Origin: Coniocarpon cinnabarinum
Taxonomy: Eukaryota
DNA: 64,000 bases
Assembly: GCA_051942205.1 (NCBI GenBank)
Contig: JAVECO010000095.1
Location: forward strand, 1-64,000
Reading direction: 5' to 3'
Positions 12,801 through 25,475 of this stretch are shown here, piece after piece. Below the pieces are notes generated by a model. It worked only from the letters and a program-made list of their open reading frames with translations. It was not told the DNA's origin and did not search any database. Positions within the stretch are counted from its first letter, which is position 1, and each line of letters begins with the position of its first letter. A program made the translations under genes and the position numbers.

Positions 12801-14376
12801 GAAGATGGAGCGCGACAACGAAGCCACCCCACAACAACAACCATCTCACGGTGCGCAGGAGTCCGAAAAGTCACGAAAGTCAGGAGGACCTCGTGCCAAG
12901 AAGAGACGCACACCTGCCGATCCGGTCATCATCGTCATGGACTCAATTACAGGCACTCGCAGACATCCTCTCCTTGCCAAAAAGCTAAGAAACTGGCTTA
13001 AGGCTGAGGCTCATGATAAGATCAACATGGATATAGAAGAGCCCACTGTTTGCTTCGAAAAACCTCGGGGTCAAGACAACTTTAGCGACTGTGGCGTGTA
13101 TCTTGCAGGCTATGTTGCTCGTTTCTTGCAGGATCCGAGAGAATTTCTGCATCTCTATGCTGAAAGAAAGTTGGACGGTGATGAAAATTGGCCAGGCCTG
13201 GACGCTGGGCGAATGCGCCACAATATACGGGACATTATTCGGAACGAGTATGCCATTCAAGCAAGGGAGACTCCGCCGAAGGGCAAGCTGAAAGAGCACG
13301 AGAAGTACGAGCCTCCTCCTTTGCCATCAGGCGACACGGCCTATAGAAAATTTCTCGCAGATCCGCCTGAATATGAGGGGGATGGCCACGCAGAAGATGC
13401 ACAGCCGAGTGTCCCAGCTACCGCGGACTTCATTCCAATTGGTGATGACGACGATATACAGAGTATATCCTCATCGGACGAGGCGTCAGAACCACGGGGG
13501 AGACGTCCATCCTCTTCGCGAAACACTCAGAGCAAAGGAAATACAAAAACTCGATCACGCCCTTCGACGCCTCCGTTAATTGATTATAATGTTTACAACT
13601 CACCCCACACCAAATGCCTGCCCGTGAGCAACCGAAGAATCGATTCGAAGCTTTCTAACGCCGTGGGGACCCAAAGCGAAAGAGGCGACGCGCCTGCGTT
13701 GGAGCGAGCAGTCGAGGACCCAAACCAAAATATGGAGATTGGTGAGCCCCAGCCATACGCTCATCAATGCGAGTCTGATAGTAATGATTTCACAGAGGAC
13801 TGGTATCAGGAGATTGGGGTTGATGCCGAAGCACAGCACGACCAGCCCGATCAGGTTACAACTCCACCCTTAGCAGCGCAATCCTCGGATCAACGGCATC
13901 AATATCCTCCTTCACAAGACATCGAAGAGATACCCGCGCCCTTAGTCCACGGTGGTGAGTATCGTACTGGCGCGAACTCAAGACCAGAAAGCGAGCGAGC
14001 AGTGCATGACACTGGAGACTCATCGACGAAGGTTGCAGCCAACAGCGTACCGCGAGAAGTGCAAAAACATGACAAGTCACGAGAACCTCTCTACGAATCT
14101 CTCTACAAGGAAACCCAGACACTAGAGCTACATTCAGCACATGCCAATGAGCCTTTGACTCCAGAAATGGTCTTCGAAGAGAGTCAAGATGATGTCTCCT
14201 ACGTGCGGACGGAATCCAGTGGACGAAACGCCGGTCAGGATCTCGGCTCGGCTCAGCGAAGGTTAGCTGAGGATGGTAACATTCTCCCAGCACACATAGA
14301 TAAGATGCAAAAGATGAACTTCTTCGACCAGCGGGACTTATTGGAGAGACCCGTGACAAGGGGGAAAGGTCTGTAA
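9874..14376 (+). CDS. Ulp1-family (peptidase C48) SUMO protease, Ulp2-like
   Basis: LDEEEFLNDNIVAF, FNTFFY, VKRWT, VPINESLHWYVAII (His), IIVMDS (Asp), QDNFSDCGVYL (Cys). The start is uncertain: exon 9874..~10467 may splice (GTGAGA..ACAG) to the 1258-aa ORF, or the gene starts at 10600. Confidence 0.85.
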
Positions 14377-15370
14377 GCTAGGTAGCACGAAGTGACGGCC
14401 TGAGACGAAGAGCAGCGCACAAGGCCAGCCATAGAGGCCGAATGATAATATTTAATGTGACGAAAGACTTTGCCATAGAGTCGAGCCTTGACAGCCCAGG
14501 TGGGGCGTCGATTTGCAGCACGTGAGTTCTTCTTCCCTGGCAAAATAGGATTGTTCAACATTTATGACGCCTTGGTCTTGAATGATCCTGCTACGAGGTG
14601 GTTGGACGACGTGCCAGCAATCTCTCCATACCTTGAGCCGAGCGGCACAGACTTGCTTTGCTTGAGCGTACCAGAGAATTCCGATGCATTGTCCACTTTA
14701 TCCTTGTGTACGGGCTTGTTTACTGCGCTGCTCAGTTCGAAGAAATTGGTCTACGAACAGCGCTCTATGAGAGAAGTGTTCAGGTGAACCCTTGGAAAAG
14801 CCGCACCTGTTCCTGGAACCACAGGATGCCTAAGGACCAGCCCACTAAACAGAATCTACTGCGGCACTCTGAGGGCCATTGGTCAAGAGCGCCGGCAAAT
14901 GGACCGCAATCTTGTACACAACCTCATTCGCCTTGGGCCTGCTACGTTGCAGCGATGATAAGTATGGTGGGGAACATCGGAGCCGAGTCTTGAAATGTAA
15001 AGCACATCGAAGCGGTCAGGGAGAGTGTCATATGGACGGAGTAGGTAGATTTTCTGCATTCAGGAGACGAGGAAGGAAGGGGCTGTGGAAAAGCGCCCCA
15101 GCAGCCCCCCAAATTGAGGATTGAGTTGAGGCTTGACACCTGACCAGATCCCCACGTGCCCCTAGAATTTAGGGACCGTCGGACTTGGCGTGTGGGGCGA
15201 CGCCACCGACATCTGCTCCGGCGCCATTGTCATTGCAACGTCACAATCCTCTTTGTCGTTTGCTCACATTGGCCTCGAATCCTTCTGGAGGCGGCCCGGA
15301 ATATCCTCAAAATGTTGACTACGCTCACATCCTCGACTCATTGCACCTTTCTCCTTCCTACCAAAGCCCG

Positions 15371-16891
15371 ATGACCGTGTCTCCCTCTGCGATGGACTCC
15401 ACCCATTCCACCGCGACACCCACTCCACCAAAATCCACTTCAGCTGCCAATGACCAGCGCCCAGGGTCTGCCAAAACACACATCACCCGGCGTTCTGATC
15501 GCTCCCTCCGCAGCTCCCTCCTGCAAACCTCCATTCGTCCCTTTGGCTCACGTTTGATCGCACCCAAATCCGAGTCGTCCGGCTTTGCGCCCGAGCTCGA
15601 AGCGCCCGAGTCTGTCTTCGAGCACTGCAATGTCCGGCAACGCAACTATCGCAACCTCGACGTGCGGCTGTATGAGATAAACGAGCGCACGTCACTCTCC
15701 ACGCGCGAGAACTTCATCCCGGCGCAGATCTATGACCTGAAGACGGAGCAGAACAAGAGACATGAGTCGAGCGCGCATGACTCGACTGAGATCTTGCAGC
15801 AGATCCAGACTCATGAGGAGCAAAACGTCATCAGTCGCGACTTTGGGAGTCGAACGGATGTGGCGAGGAGACGCAAGCATATATACTACTTTGCAGGCGG
15901 GGGGTGGCAATCGCCGCCCTCCAAAGAGCATTGGAAGCTGTGTGCGCATTGGGCCCACACTTTGACGCACGACGGCCACCCCACAACGGTCACACTAGTC
16001 TCACATCCACTCGCACCAAAGTCTCGCGCAAAGGATACGCTACCCATACTTGAACGGTTGTACTACGAGATCCTACCTTCCACGCCACCGCCGTCTTTGG
16101 GTCCCACGCCTCGACAGAGTCAAGACCCGCTTGTAAAGGCGAATGGCAACTCTACACCTGCGGCCGGCTTACCGGCGCCCAATGGTTCTTCAGCGGCCAC
16201 CGAGAGGTCTGCTGCATTTTCTTCCACCGATGAGAAGCCCGCAGTGCCCACCATCGATACTCTATCGACCGCCAACACCCTCTCACCTTCTGTCAACACA
16301 CCCATCACCCCTTCTACTCACAATGGCACGCCCACGCTCACGCGAACGGTGACACGGTACATGAAGCCCAACGACGAAGACATCATCTTCGCCGGCGACA
16401 GCTCCGGCGGCAACGTCGCCCTCTCACTAGTCCTCAACGTCCTCGCGAACAACCCCTACGCCAAAGTACCCAACTCCCTCTTCCTCATCTCCCCCGCCGT
16501 CGACCTCCGCAACACGAATCCCGAAATTCTGAAAGCAGAGAAGCTTGACCCCATTATGAGTAAACGCTATATCGACTCCACGGGAAGTGCTTGGGTTGGT
16601 AATGATGAGGACAAGGGTCGACCTGAGTACTCACCGCTTTTGCGCGACATGAGTATTCTTGCGAAGCGGAACGTGGTCGTCAATGGCATCATCGGGACAG
16701 CGGACGTGCTGGCGCCGGATGCGCAATTGCTGATGCAGAAGTGCGTCGCGCAAGGTGTGGCGGGCAACTGGCTCGAATGGGACAAGCAGATGCACTGTTT
16801 TCCTTTGGCATTCAGTTACAAGGTCTTACGAGAGGCGAATGAGGCCGTTGACTGGGCAATGGACCGGCTGAAGGGACAACCTGAGCGATGA
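15371..16891 (+). CDS. Alpha/beta hydrolase (Abhydrolase_3, HSL-like esterase)
   Basis: YYFAGGGW oxyanion motif, FAGDSSGGN nucleophile elbow, ISPAVD, GTADVL, QMHCF. Confidence 0.88.
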   Translation: MTVSPSAMDSTHSTATPTPPKSTSAANDQRPGSAKTHITRRSDRSLRSSLLQTSIRPFGSRLIAPKSESSGFAPELEAPESVFEHCNVRQRNYRNLDVRLYEINERTSLSTRENFIPAQIYDLKTEQNKRHESSAHDSTEILQQIQTHEEQNVISRDFGSRTDVARRRKHIYYFAGGGWQSPPSKEHWKLCAHWAHTLTHDGHPTTVTLVSHPLAPKSRAKDTLPILERLYYEILPSTPPPSLGPTPRQSQDPLVKANGNSTPAAGLPAPNGSSAATERSAAFSSTDEKPAVPTIDTLSTANTLSPSVNTPITPSTHNGTPTLTRTVTRYMKPNDEDIIFAGDSSGGNVALSLVLNVLANNPYAKVPNSLFLISPAVDLRNTNPEILKAEKLDPIMSKRYIDSTGSAWVGNDEDKGRPEYSPLLRDMSILAKRNVVVNGIIGTADVLAPDAQLLMQKCVAQGVAGNWLEWDKQMHCFPLAFSYKVLREANEAVDWAMDRLKGQPER

Positions 16892-17520
16892 TGCTAAGAA
16901 GTGGAAGCGCGGTCAAGAAGCAAGACGAGGATAACCATACTGTATACTGAGGCAGAATACCTACAATTTCTGGACATCGAGACAAATTTTTTTTGCTAAA
17001 TTTATATAGATCAGCGCGGCGCTGGTGGTGAGTGCATCAAGGGCGTTATTTGGGACAGAAAGTGGAAATTTATATACTTGAGATATGCTCATATCAAATT
17101 GGCGAGCGGGCTGCATGCTCTCCGCAGGTGTCGCAAAAGAAGAGCGCACACAGAGCTACCATTCTCATAGTCAATAAGTCTTGTTATTAATTAACACAAT
17201 CTAATCTCTAGATTTGTCTTATACTTCTGAGCACTAATAGGCTCTATCGAGGCCAAGCAACCTTATAGTATTATAAGGACTTCAATACAGCAGCCATTAT
17301 CATACGTCTCTATATTATGCCGCCACCTTAAGCGATGCAATAATTGCTCGTCTGGTTATAGCAAATGCTGCACCTCTTCGCGGCTATGCTTGGGCTCCAG
17401 CAAACCCTCTCTTACCGTTTAACGAGCTTCAAAACCGACATGATTCGTCTTAACAGCTGCTTCGATCGTGTAGTGCGCTATCGCCTTCCCTCTCTCCCCG
17501 TAGTGCTGTAGTCAAGTCTT

Positions 17521-18507
17521 TCACGTTGTCCAGTAATTCCCACCGTCCCCAAACCCCGCCCCTGCAACCAAATCATCAACGTTTATCAACATGACTCCAG
17601 CATCCCACAATTGTCCCCATACGCTGTTTCTCACACCAATCGGCCAGCCCGGTGTATCCCAATACCGCGCCCCAATCCCTTTCGCCCTCGCAATCTCCAC
17701 TTGGTTCTGCAACGTCGCTGTCTGGTTTGCGAGCAACGTCCGATTCCGCGGCACGGTCCCAATGGCCGTCTCAAAGTCGACGGAAGCAATCGGCGACACT
17801 GATGCCGTGATGTTACTCTGTGAGCTATTCAAGAGATCCAATCGCGCATCGTAGAAGTAGTCGCGCGGTTGAACGCCCTGCACCTGGTTCAACGGCGTGT
17901 TCCCCGTGCCGATGACCGTTACAGGACCCGGCTGAACGTTTCCATCTTCGTCGACGGCCGTAAGCCAGCCGCCGTCTCTGAGTGGTTGTAACTCCCGCAC
18001 CACGGCTTCAAAGGTGGAGGCGCCTTCGGTTTTGGAATCGACCCAGAGGTAGAGCGTTTGATCGCTCGTTGTGTCGAAGACGCCGTTGCGCGTGGGGTAG
18101 GTCACAAAATCAGAGCTCGGGTTTTGACGTCGGAGAACGGAGAGGATGGGTTGGATGTACAGCGATTGAAAGGTGCGTTGGGGTGTCAAGGCGGAGGCTT
18201 CGTGGCCGACGTAAAGTGTAGAGTTGTAGAGCCAGACGTCTGCTTCAACACTGATTGCGCCGACGGAGAGTGCGCTCCAAAAGGGGACGTCCCGCCAGTA
18301 GTCGTTGTGCGAATGTAACGCTTTAGGGACTAGATTCCGGGTGAGGTCGGTCGGATAGGTATAGAGGCTATGATTCTGCGCTTGGGATTGGGAGAGGAGG
18401 TCTGAGAAGGTGTCAGAGACGGTGTAGGCGTCTACAGTGAGCGGTTCCGCAAAGGCGCGGAGAGCTTGGAAGAGCGCGGCGAGGAAGAGGATGATGAAGG
18501 CGGCCAT
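17521..18507 (-). CDS. AIM6: AIM6-like secreted PLC-like phosphodiesterase
   Basis: Signal peptide MAAFIILFLAALFQALRAFA; HSHNDYWR, SVEADVWL, VGHE, RYWDTP, INVDDL. Confidence 0.88.
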   Translation of the reverse strand: MAAFIILFLAALFQALRAFAEPLTVDAYTVSDTFSDLLSQSQAQNHSLYTYPTDLTRNLVPKALHSHNDYWRDVPFWSALSVGAISVEADVWLYNSTLYVGHEASALTPQRTFQSLYIQPILSVLRRQNPSSDFVTYPTRNGVFDTTSDQTLYLWVDSKTEGASTFEAVVRELQPLRDGGWLTAVDEDGNVQPGPVTVIGTGNTPLNQVQGVQPRDYFYDARLDLLNSSQSNITASVSPIASVDFETAIGTVPRNRTLLANQTATLQNQVEIARAKGIGARYWDTPGWPIGVRNSVWGQLWDAGVMLINVDDLVAGAGFGDGGNYWTT

Positions 18508-19727
18508 TTTGAGCGTGGAGGAGCTTCGCGGAGGCGGAGGTGCAGGAGAGGAGACAGTGGTCGGTGTCACCGGCTTGCCATTGGAAGTGTGCATGCGGAT
18601 GATTGCGTGCACCCGTTCTTCTTATACCATTGAATCGGTGCTCGGCGTTCAACTAGAGCACCGTCGACAGCTCAAGCTCGTGATGGAAAGTGCATGCATT
18701 GGAGAGGTATGACGTCGTTTTTTCACACTCGCGTCCAACCAATCAGCGGCCAGTTCAGTAAACGTGCCTGGCTTGCTTGCTCTCTTCAGCTTTGCAACTC
18801 TTCAAGACTCAATTAGAGAGGCATTGTCAAGTCGTCTTTTCACAGGCGTTCCGACACCAAACGCCCTCTCTGTGACCATCATTTGAATTCATCGATAAGA
18901 CCAAGCTTCGAACTTGCACAACGTTCTGCTCGCCACCCCAGACACTGTCGCGGACACCAGGAGTGACTTGGTACACCTACACGCATATGACACGACTCAC
19001 AATGGGGCGCATGCAACAGCTTTCCTACGCTGACAGCAGTGCAAGTGGATCGAGTTGACACATGCAAACCCTCCAGCTCCAATCTGGACAGCATACACGA
19101 GATATATTTCGGTTTTAGTCCTGCCAAGCTCTTGGAGGTTGCCCAGTGCCTCCCACTCCTTCCTTTGAGAAGTCACTGTTTTCTCCTATTTCGTTTCAAT
19201 CATGAAACATGGTAACACGATCCCAAGCAAACGAGGCCTCTTTGAAGGATTGAAAGGGGAGATCGCTGCCATCGGTAATAAGCGGTAGGGCTAAAAGATG
19301 ACAAAGGTAAAGACACACACCTTGCGACAATGTCATCAGAACGGTTTGCAGAGAGCCACTGTTGAATTGAATCAGGGTTTGTCACAGAGAGGACCTTATA
19401 AACCGGAACCATTTTGCCACAGCACCCGAGAAATGCATCTCAAATGACGCGATGTACAAGGTCTCAGCCAACAACAACTCTATGAAGGGCTGTCGAGAAG
19501 AGAGCATAGGCACGTCTTGGTCATCAATCCACAAATACAGCGCCGACCGCGGCTTGCAATAGCGTAGCATCGGTGCCCTTTGCCGCACCCGCTACTGACC
19601 GCCTATGCCCTCCAGTGCCTGCCATTTGCGCAGGCTCGACTAGCCGTTGACATGTATATAAATAATTTGGACATCCTGCACCATTTTCTTTCCCATTCTA
19701 CATTTCCTGAATTTCTTGTATTTCAAA

Positions 19728-20611
19728 ATGTCGAGCTTCGCTCCACAGGCGTTGTGTCCGGACTGGGCCCTTCACAACAATTCGAATGTCCACCTTGCGG
19801 TGGATCGACAATGGTTCATAAGCTATACACCATTCGCGTCTCAAGTGTTGACTGGCATGGTTGCAGGTTTATTGGGAGGCGGACAAACTCTGCCTGTGAT
19901 CGGTGTCGGGACCGTCGAAATCCCCGTGAAGGTTCGAGACGGTATTCATCGTACGCTCAGGTTGGACGACGTCGTCCATGTCCCTGACTACGTTTGCAAT
20001 ATCGTGGCTTCTGGCCTCATTCTGGCAGAGCACGACCTCGTCTTCAGTTATCATGGTCCAAGCGACACGGGCAAATTGACGAACAGAAATGGGAAGATTT
20101 CAACAGTGACCAAACGTGGACATTCCAAGCTCTGTCTACTACTTAGCGGGCCGCCGGTCGGACCCGTTACGCGTCGCTCGGCCTTTGACAATCCATCTCA
20201 AAAGATTGTCGGCGTCGGTGCGACCTGGCATGAAGACGAACGTATGTGTTCCCCTCCAAATGCAGATATGTAAGCGACGAACAAGAACAATCTCTGTTGG
20301 TGCTCTGCTTACTGAACAACACAGGAAGCACGTGGAATTTGCGTCGAGATTTGGAGTGGCTTAAAGATTTCGAAACGCGCGCGCCTCACAGCAACGCCGT
20401 CCCGTTGCCGCTTACGTCCGAGGAGAGAAATTGGTTGGAAGTACATTGTGGAAATGAATCCCACTTCATGAAGACGATCGGGCTTTCAATCTACGCGGAC
20501 GAAGACCGAGCAAAGGGTAGGACAATCCTGCAAAGACTCATGAGTCGCGACAAGAGAGATGATTCTGATAACTACGACGATGGTGTCAGAGTAAGATGTC
20601 CACCACAATGA
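19728..20611 (+). CDS. Fungal protein with Ty1/copia Pol protease-like beta-barrel domain, 2 exons
   Basis: PDWALHNNSNVHLAVDRQWFISYTPF..VIGVGTVEI..LRLDDVVHVPDYVCNIV; intron GTATGT 20242..CAG ~20324; C-terminal LTSEERNWLEVH..GLSIYADEDRAKGRTIL. Confidence 0.72.
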
Positions 20612-21522
20612 AGATACAGGTGCCGAAGTTGTGTGTCGAAGTTCTTGCTTGGCGAGTTCAGCTCGAGATGGATCCGCCTGGCGTGGTGGCTGAGGTCATG
20701 CAGCTTCTAAATGTGTAGCGAGGACGTCTAGCGCGCGACTTTCAAAGATCACTTGTAACGCTTATGTGGGAAGCGTGACCACTAAAAGTCACATCCAGAC
20801 CAACGAGACAGAGATAACCCATTCAGCAGCCGATTAAGCAATTGCTTGCAAGGCATACTTCGAAAGTCTCGATGAGTAACGCTGCCCCTGTTTGAAAGAG
20901 GAGAAGGCCTCAAGTGGTCAGTAAGTAGCCCTTGCTCGACCCAAGACATGCTTTTGACATGAGAGTCCATTACTCTGAGGAGATGCTTGGCGATGCGACA
21001 TGGATCCAGGCCGGGTCGCCTTCAGGAAACTTGCGCATCATGCTTTAGGCTGAATAATGCAACGGGGATATGTATCCTTATTTCCTGAATATGCTTCGCT
21101 TACCGTGAAACGCTGCTGTGGCCCCAATGTGAAATCAAAGGCAACAGATGGCTTCGAGGCATCGCAAAATGGACTTTTTTGGGCCATGTACAACACACCA
21201 CGTGTTGAAAAGCCACAGAGCTCGGAGTTTCTGCAGAGCCTATTGTTAACACGTTTCGACGACCATGATCTGCGAATGGGATTCGTACGATCTGTTGCGT
21301 TGCCAATTCTTCACCGGAATGAGACATTGCTGCGAGCTCTATGATGCATCACGGCAATAGTTAAAAGCCAGCATGTTCATAAGAAGTTCTCCGTATTTAG
21401 AAAGGCTCATGCCTCTGCGACTTAGTCGCCGTTTTGCTTTACCTGACTTCGTTTTCGCCATTGATTGTCATTCCGTTTCAAAACTCGCGTGCTAACTCAA
21501 CGGCATACACCTTACCATAGAC

Positions 21523-22519
21523 ATGAAATTTTTTCAGCGAGAGCAAGAGGAGCCTTGGGGGATGATCAAGGTGTGTTTACCGGCGCCGTTGTGATGTCCG
21601 AATCCTCGATGGTGCACCGCAAGAAATTCTCAGAGGGTTGAAGACGTGGAGCAGTGGTTCTATGCAAAGCGCCCACGAGAATTTCAGTTCTATGCGAAGC
21701 TTTAAAAACTGCCTATATTTGCAGAACCAGCGTTTCAGCAATTCATTCATCATATGCTAACTCGCTATGCACAGTTACCGGATGAACATACCAAAACGGA
21801 GAGGACCGTAAGATTAGTTGTGGACGCAACGTGAAGACAACTTTTCTTGACGTATGCGTAGTATATGAACTACGGCGTGCTACCAGGCTCTGCCGGAGCT
21901 CCGTATACTGCACCAGGGGTCAGGACCAAGACTTGCCAGACTGTTTGAAAATTTCAACTGACTGCAGCTCACAGCCCGTGGCATCCTCATCATTAGCTCA
22001 AGGTTCGCGAGACGCCGCTCCCACCCGCCGCGAGCCGCGCATCGTGAATATATCTCGATCACTAAAAGTGCCCCTTGCAGATCTGGATCCAGACAAGGAC
22101 GGGTGGCAGCAGCGCATCTGGTTTTTTCTTATGTCTGACCAAGGCTTGGTCAAAAATTTGAAGGCAGAGGTAAACAAAAATCTTATGATCGATCCTCGAG
22201 AGGTCGATCATATCGTAATCAAGTAAGTCGTATGTCTGTTAACCCTACTCCTGCCCTTTTGTCGCATGAAATTGAAGGAAAAACTATGTGCTTATGAAGA
22301 TCTTCTAGACGAGTCTGCAAGGGGGACCACCCTAAAGAAATGCTTGGAAGAAACCAGTGTAAACTTGAAGACGAGGGCGTTGAGATACTCAGAAATGAGG
22401 GGCATCTGCGCCTCAAGGTTCATTATACAGGCCAAAAGCCGCCCGTCACAACAAATGTGCCGTGGACTTTGAGCCAGAAGATAGTTGATCAGTTCGGTGA
22501 CAACCTCAAACCTCAATAG
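21523..22519 (+). CDS. Orphan 5-exon gene, tandem copy 1
   Basis: Exons 21523-21570, 21775-21807, 21862-21918, 21976-22222, 22309-22519 splice in frame; homologous to copies 2 and 3 (FLMSDQGLV, LMIDP, RVCKGDH, HLRLKV, TNVP, LKPQ*). Confidence 0.8.
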
Positions 22520-23775
22520 ATATTGAGAAGCTAGCACAAAGCAAAGGAGGAATCGGCTAAAGCAGTTGGCCTAAAAGACCCTGGGCCGAAAAGAAAAAAA
22601 TACTCTTGGACCATGGTTCCGAGGCGATATTTGATCAACGTCGCGAGACGCAGTGCAGATGCTCATCTCAAGAACATGCAATCGTCCACCAACGCGTGCG
22701 ATTTCCTCTGTGCGCTTTTGTCGTCATTTGTAGATGTGCAAGTTGGAATGCTGCATTTGGCAACTGACGGCCACATCCGGCCCCTTTCTCCCGCTGTTAG
22801 GCATACGTGGCTCCTCGCAGAGTCTTACAACAGATGTGCCTCTTTTTTGTTTGCAATGCACGCTTCGCGTAAGAGGGTGGAAAGGTCAGTCCCATTGCTA
22901 AAGTATTATCGTATCCACTGGCATTTTTCGAGGCGCATGGAGTGGGTCTTGACGACCCTACCTCCTTGTCCACACCTCATTCTTTATTTTGAACCCGAGC
23001 TGCACATGAGGGCATCTTGACTTCGACGTACCAATGAGTAGGAATACAAAGACAAAGCATGGTGATTCTGTCTGCGAGGTACTTGACCCCTAGATCCTAT
23101 GTGACGTGCGGAGGCGCGGCTCATCTAGATCGCACCCGCTTTTGCCAAGATGAAGAATGCTTTCCAAAATCTTGCCGAAACGACACCTTTCATTCCGTCC
23201 GGACCATCAGACATCTAGCAAACACGTGTTCGGAGGGCGCAGGAGGATTTGGAGGACGTGGAGGATCTGAAGGATCTAGCGTCGACGTGAAACGGCGCTT
23301 GCCGTTTGCACATGAAGCTAGAATCTTGCAGTCTGTTTTGACACTCTCGAGCATGTTGTTTGTAAACTTGAGAGCAGCAATGCAATTGTTCTGAGACCAA
23401 TATCGTGCCCTCCGTTCCAGCTTCTGGAGCATGAGGTTTGTAAATCCGACAACGATAATGCTGCAGTTACCCAAAACGCTACATGAGAACAGGAAGACTT
23501 CCGTCTGATGAATGCCGCAAGGGCCTCATCTACTTCGGACGTGGCCGGGATGCAAAATCGTAAATGCTTTTGAGAATGATCCGGCGCATCCGCTGTGCGC
23601 CTCATGGTAGAGCCAGCATGTTCGCAAAGGAACATCCCCTGCATTGAAAAAGGCAGTTGCCTCTACTGCTCAATTGGATGCATAGCAGCTTGACATAATC
23701 CTGCATCGACCATTCCGATATCATCTCACTTCCCAAACCTTGTAAAAAATCAAAAGTATATGCTATTCTACAGAT

Positions 23776-24990
23776 ATGCCTATCTTCAGCAGAGACAAGG
23801 GCGAACCGAGCGGCAAGAAAAAGATCGGGACGGAGCTTTTGCATCCGAAACTTGGCACGCAGGAATGGGCAACGATAAACGTGAGTTCGCCAGTGGCCCC
23901 AGTATCGTTACATATCATTCTCCTTGGTACACCACAAGAACCCTCGACAGATGTGAGATCCGCGCGCACCGTGGTCTCGGTCGCACAAACTTGATTATTT
24001 TGTAGTGCTGCGCAAAGCTATACAACCTGTCTTTGCTTGCTGATCGGGCGCTTGGGCAAGTTGCGCACTCCATACTGATACTTCAGTGCATAGCTGCCGA
24101 ACCCGGGGACTAAAGTAGACAGGGAGGTGAGTGACTCATTGAATATACGTCGGAGATAATTTATCTTGACCTTATAGTAGCTTTTCGACTATGACAAACT
24201 AACAACATCCTCGGTCGAGTCATCGCAAGTGGCGCAGAAAGCTTCGGAAAAGCCCTTACAGGAAGCATCAAAACCACCGGCCGAGGCTTCAAAAGCTCCA
24301 CAAAAGAGACTAGCTAATCCCCAACTCACTGATCTGGAGCATTCTGGGTGGTACAATCGTCTGGCAGCGCAGCACGCTGGGCCTACTAAGGAGGTCGGAA
24401 TTATTGAATCTGCCAGGCTACCAGATAATGTGGACTGACTGCCTTAATAGCCACGTCCTACACCGGACGGATTTCGCAAAGTGGCCATTCACCTGTCTGA
24501 TGGAGTTCACTCTGGTGACTTTGGGTCCGGCCAGGAGGAAGGAAAGGACGTGTGGTTGCAATACATCTGGTTATTCCTTATGTCGGATCAAGGAATGGTG
24601 GGCGCTAAAAGAGCAGAGTTGTCAACAGACAGGAAACTCATGATCGATCCTACGGAGGTGCATTATATCGAGATCACGTAAGTCATATTTCTCTTGTTCT
24701 CTTACTTTCCTCTTTGAAAAAGTTGTACGACTGCGTACAAGGCGATATGGAGAGCCAAGTCCTAATAAAGATTATCTAGACGAGTCTGTAAGGGCGATCA
24801 TGAGATTGATGTCAAGAAGAAGAAGAGTAAGTGTGCACTTCAGGCCGGTGGCGAAAGTGCTCTACACGGAGAATGGCATCTACGTCTCAGGGTCCATATG
24901 AGAAAAAGGTCGCACGTCACCACAAACGTACCTGTGTCTACGTCCAAGAAAATCCTTGAGGAATTCGCGAGCTATCTGAAAAATCAATAG
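23776..24990 (+). CDS. Orphan 5-exon gene, tandem copy 2
   Basis: Exon 1 MPIFSRDKG..WATIN|GTGAGT; microexon 24094-24126 LPNPGTKVDRE; exon 4 ..FLMSDQGMV..LMIDPTEV; last exon from 24780 RVCKGDH..CAL..HLRLRV..TNVP..LKNQ*. Confidence 0.8.
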
Positions 24991-25475
24991 GGTTGAGATG
25001 AGAGCGTAAAAGCAAAGGGAAAATGGCCTGAAGCAATCGAGCCGAGGAGCAGCCTTGAATAGTCGGTCGAAGGCAATGCTTGCTCGGCGGTATGTCTGTA
25101 GCGCGAGTGCTTTTTTCCAAGAAATGCAACTGTTACCTTGAGCACTGAATCTACGGAAGCGCCTGGGCGTACCGCACAGATATCAGAGGGACGTTGCATA
25201 GGACGAACAACTCTAGTAGCTGCTGACAGATCCACAGAAACTAGCGGTGCTTCACGAACACGCCTGCAGTAACGTGACTTGGGCGCCAAGGTAGTATTTC
25301 GAGGCTGCTTGTTACTTTCAGAATCTTTATCGTTCCAGAAGTAGCAACATAGCGATGAGGAATGTCTCTGTAAGATTTTGATTCGTAACTTTTTAATGTG
25401 TCGGACAAGGTCTAGCTGAAAATTGAATGGTTTGCGCATCTCTGCTGCGGATAGCTAATATGTAGGAATGCAAAG

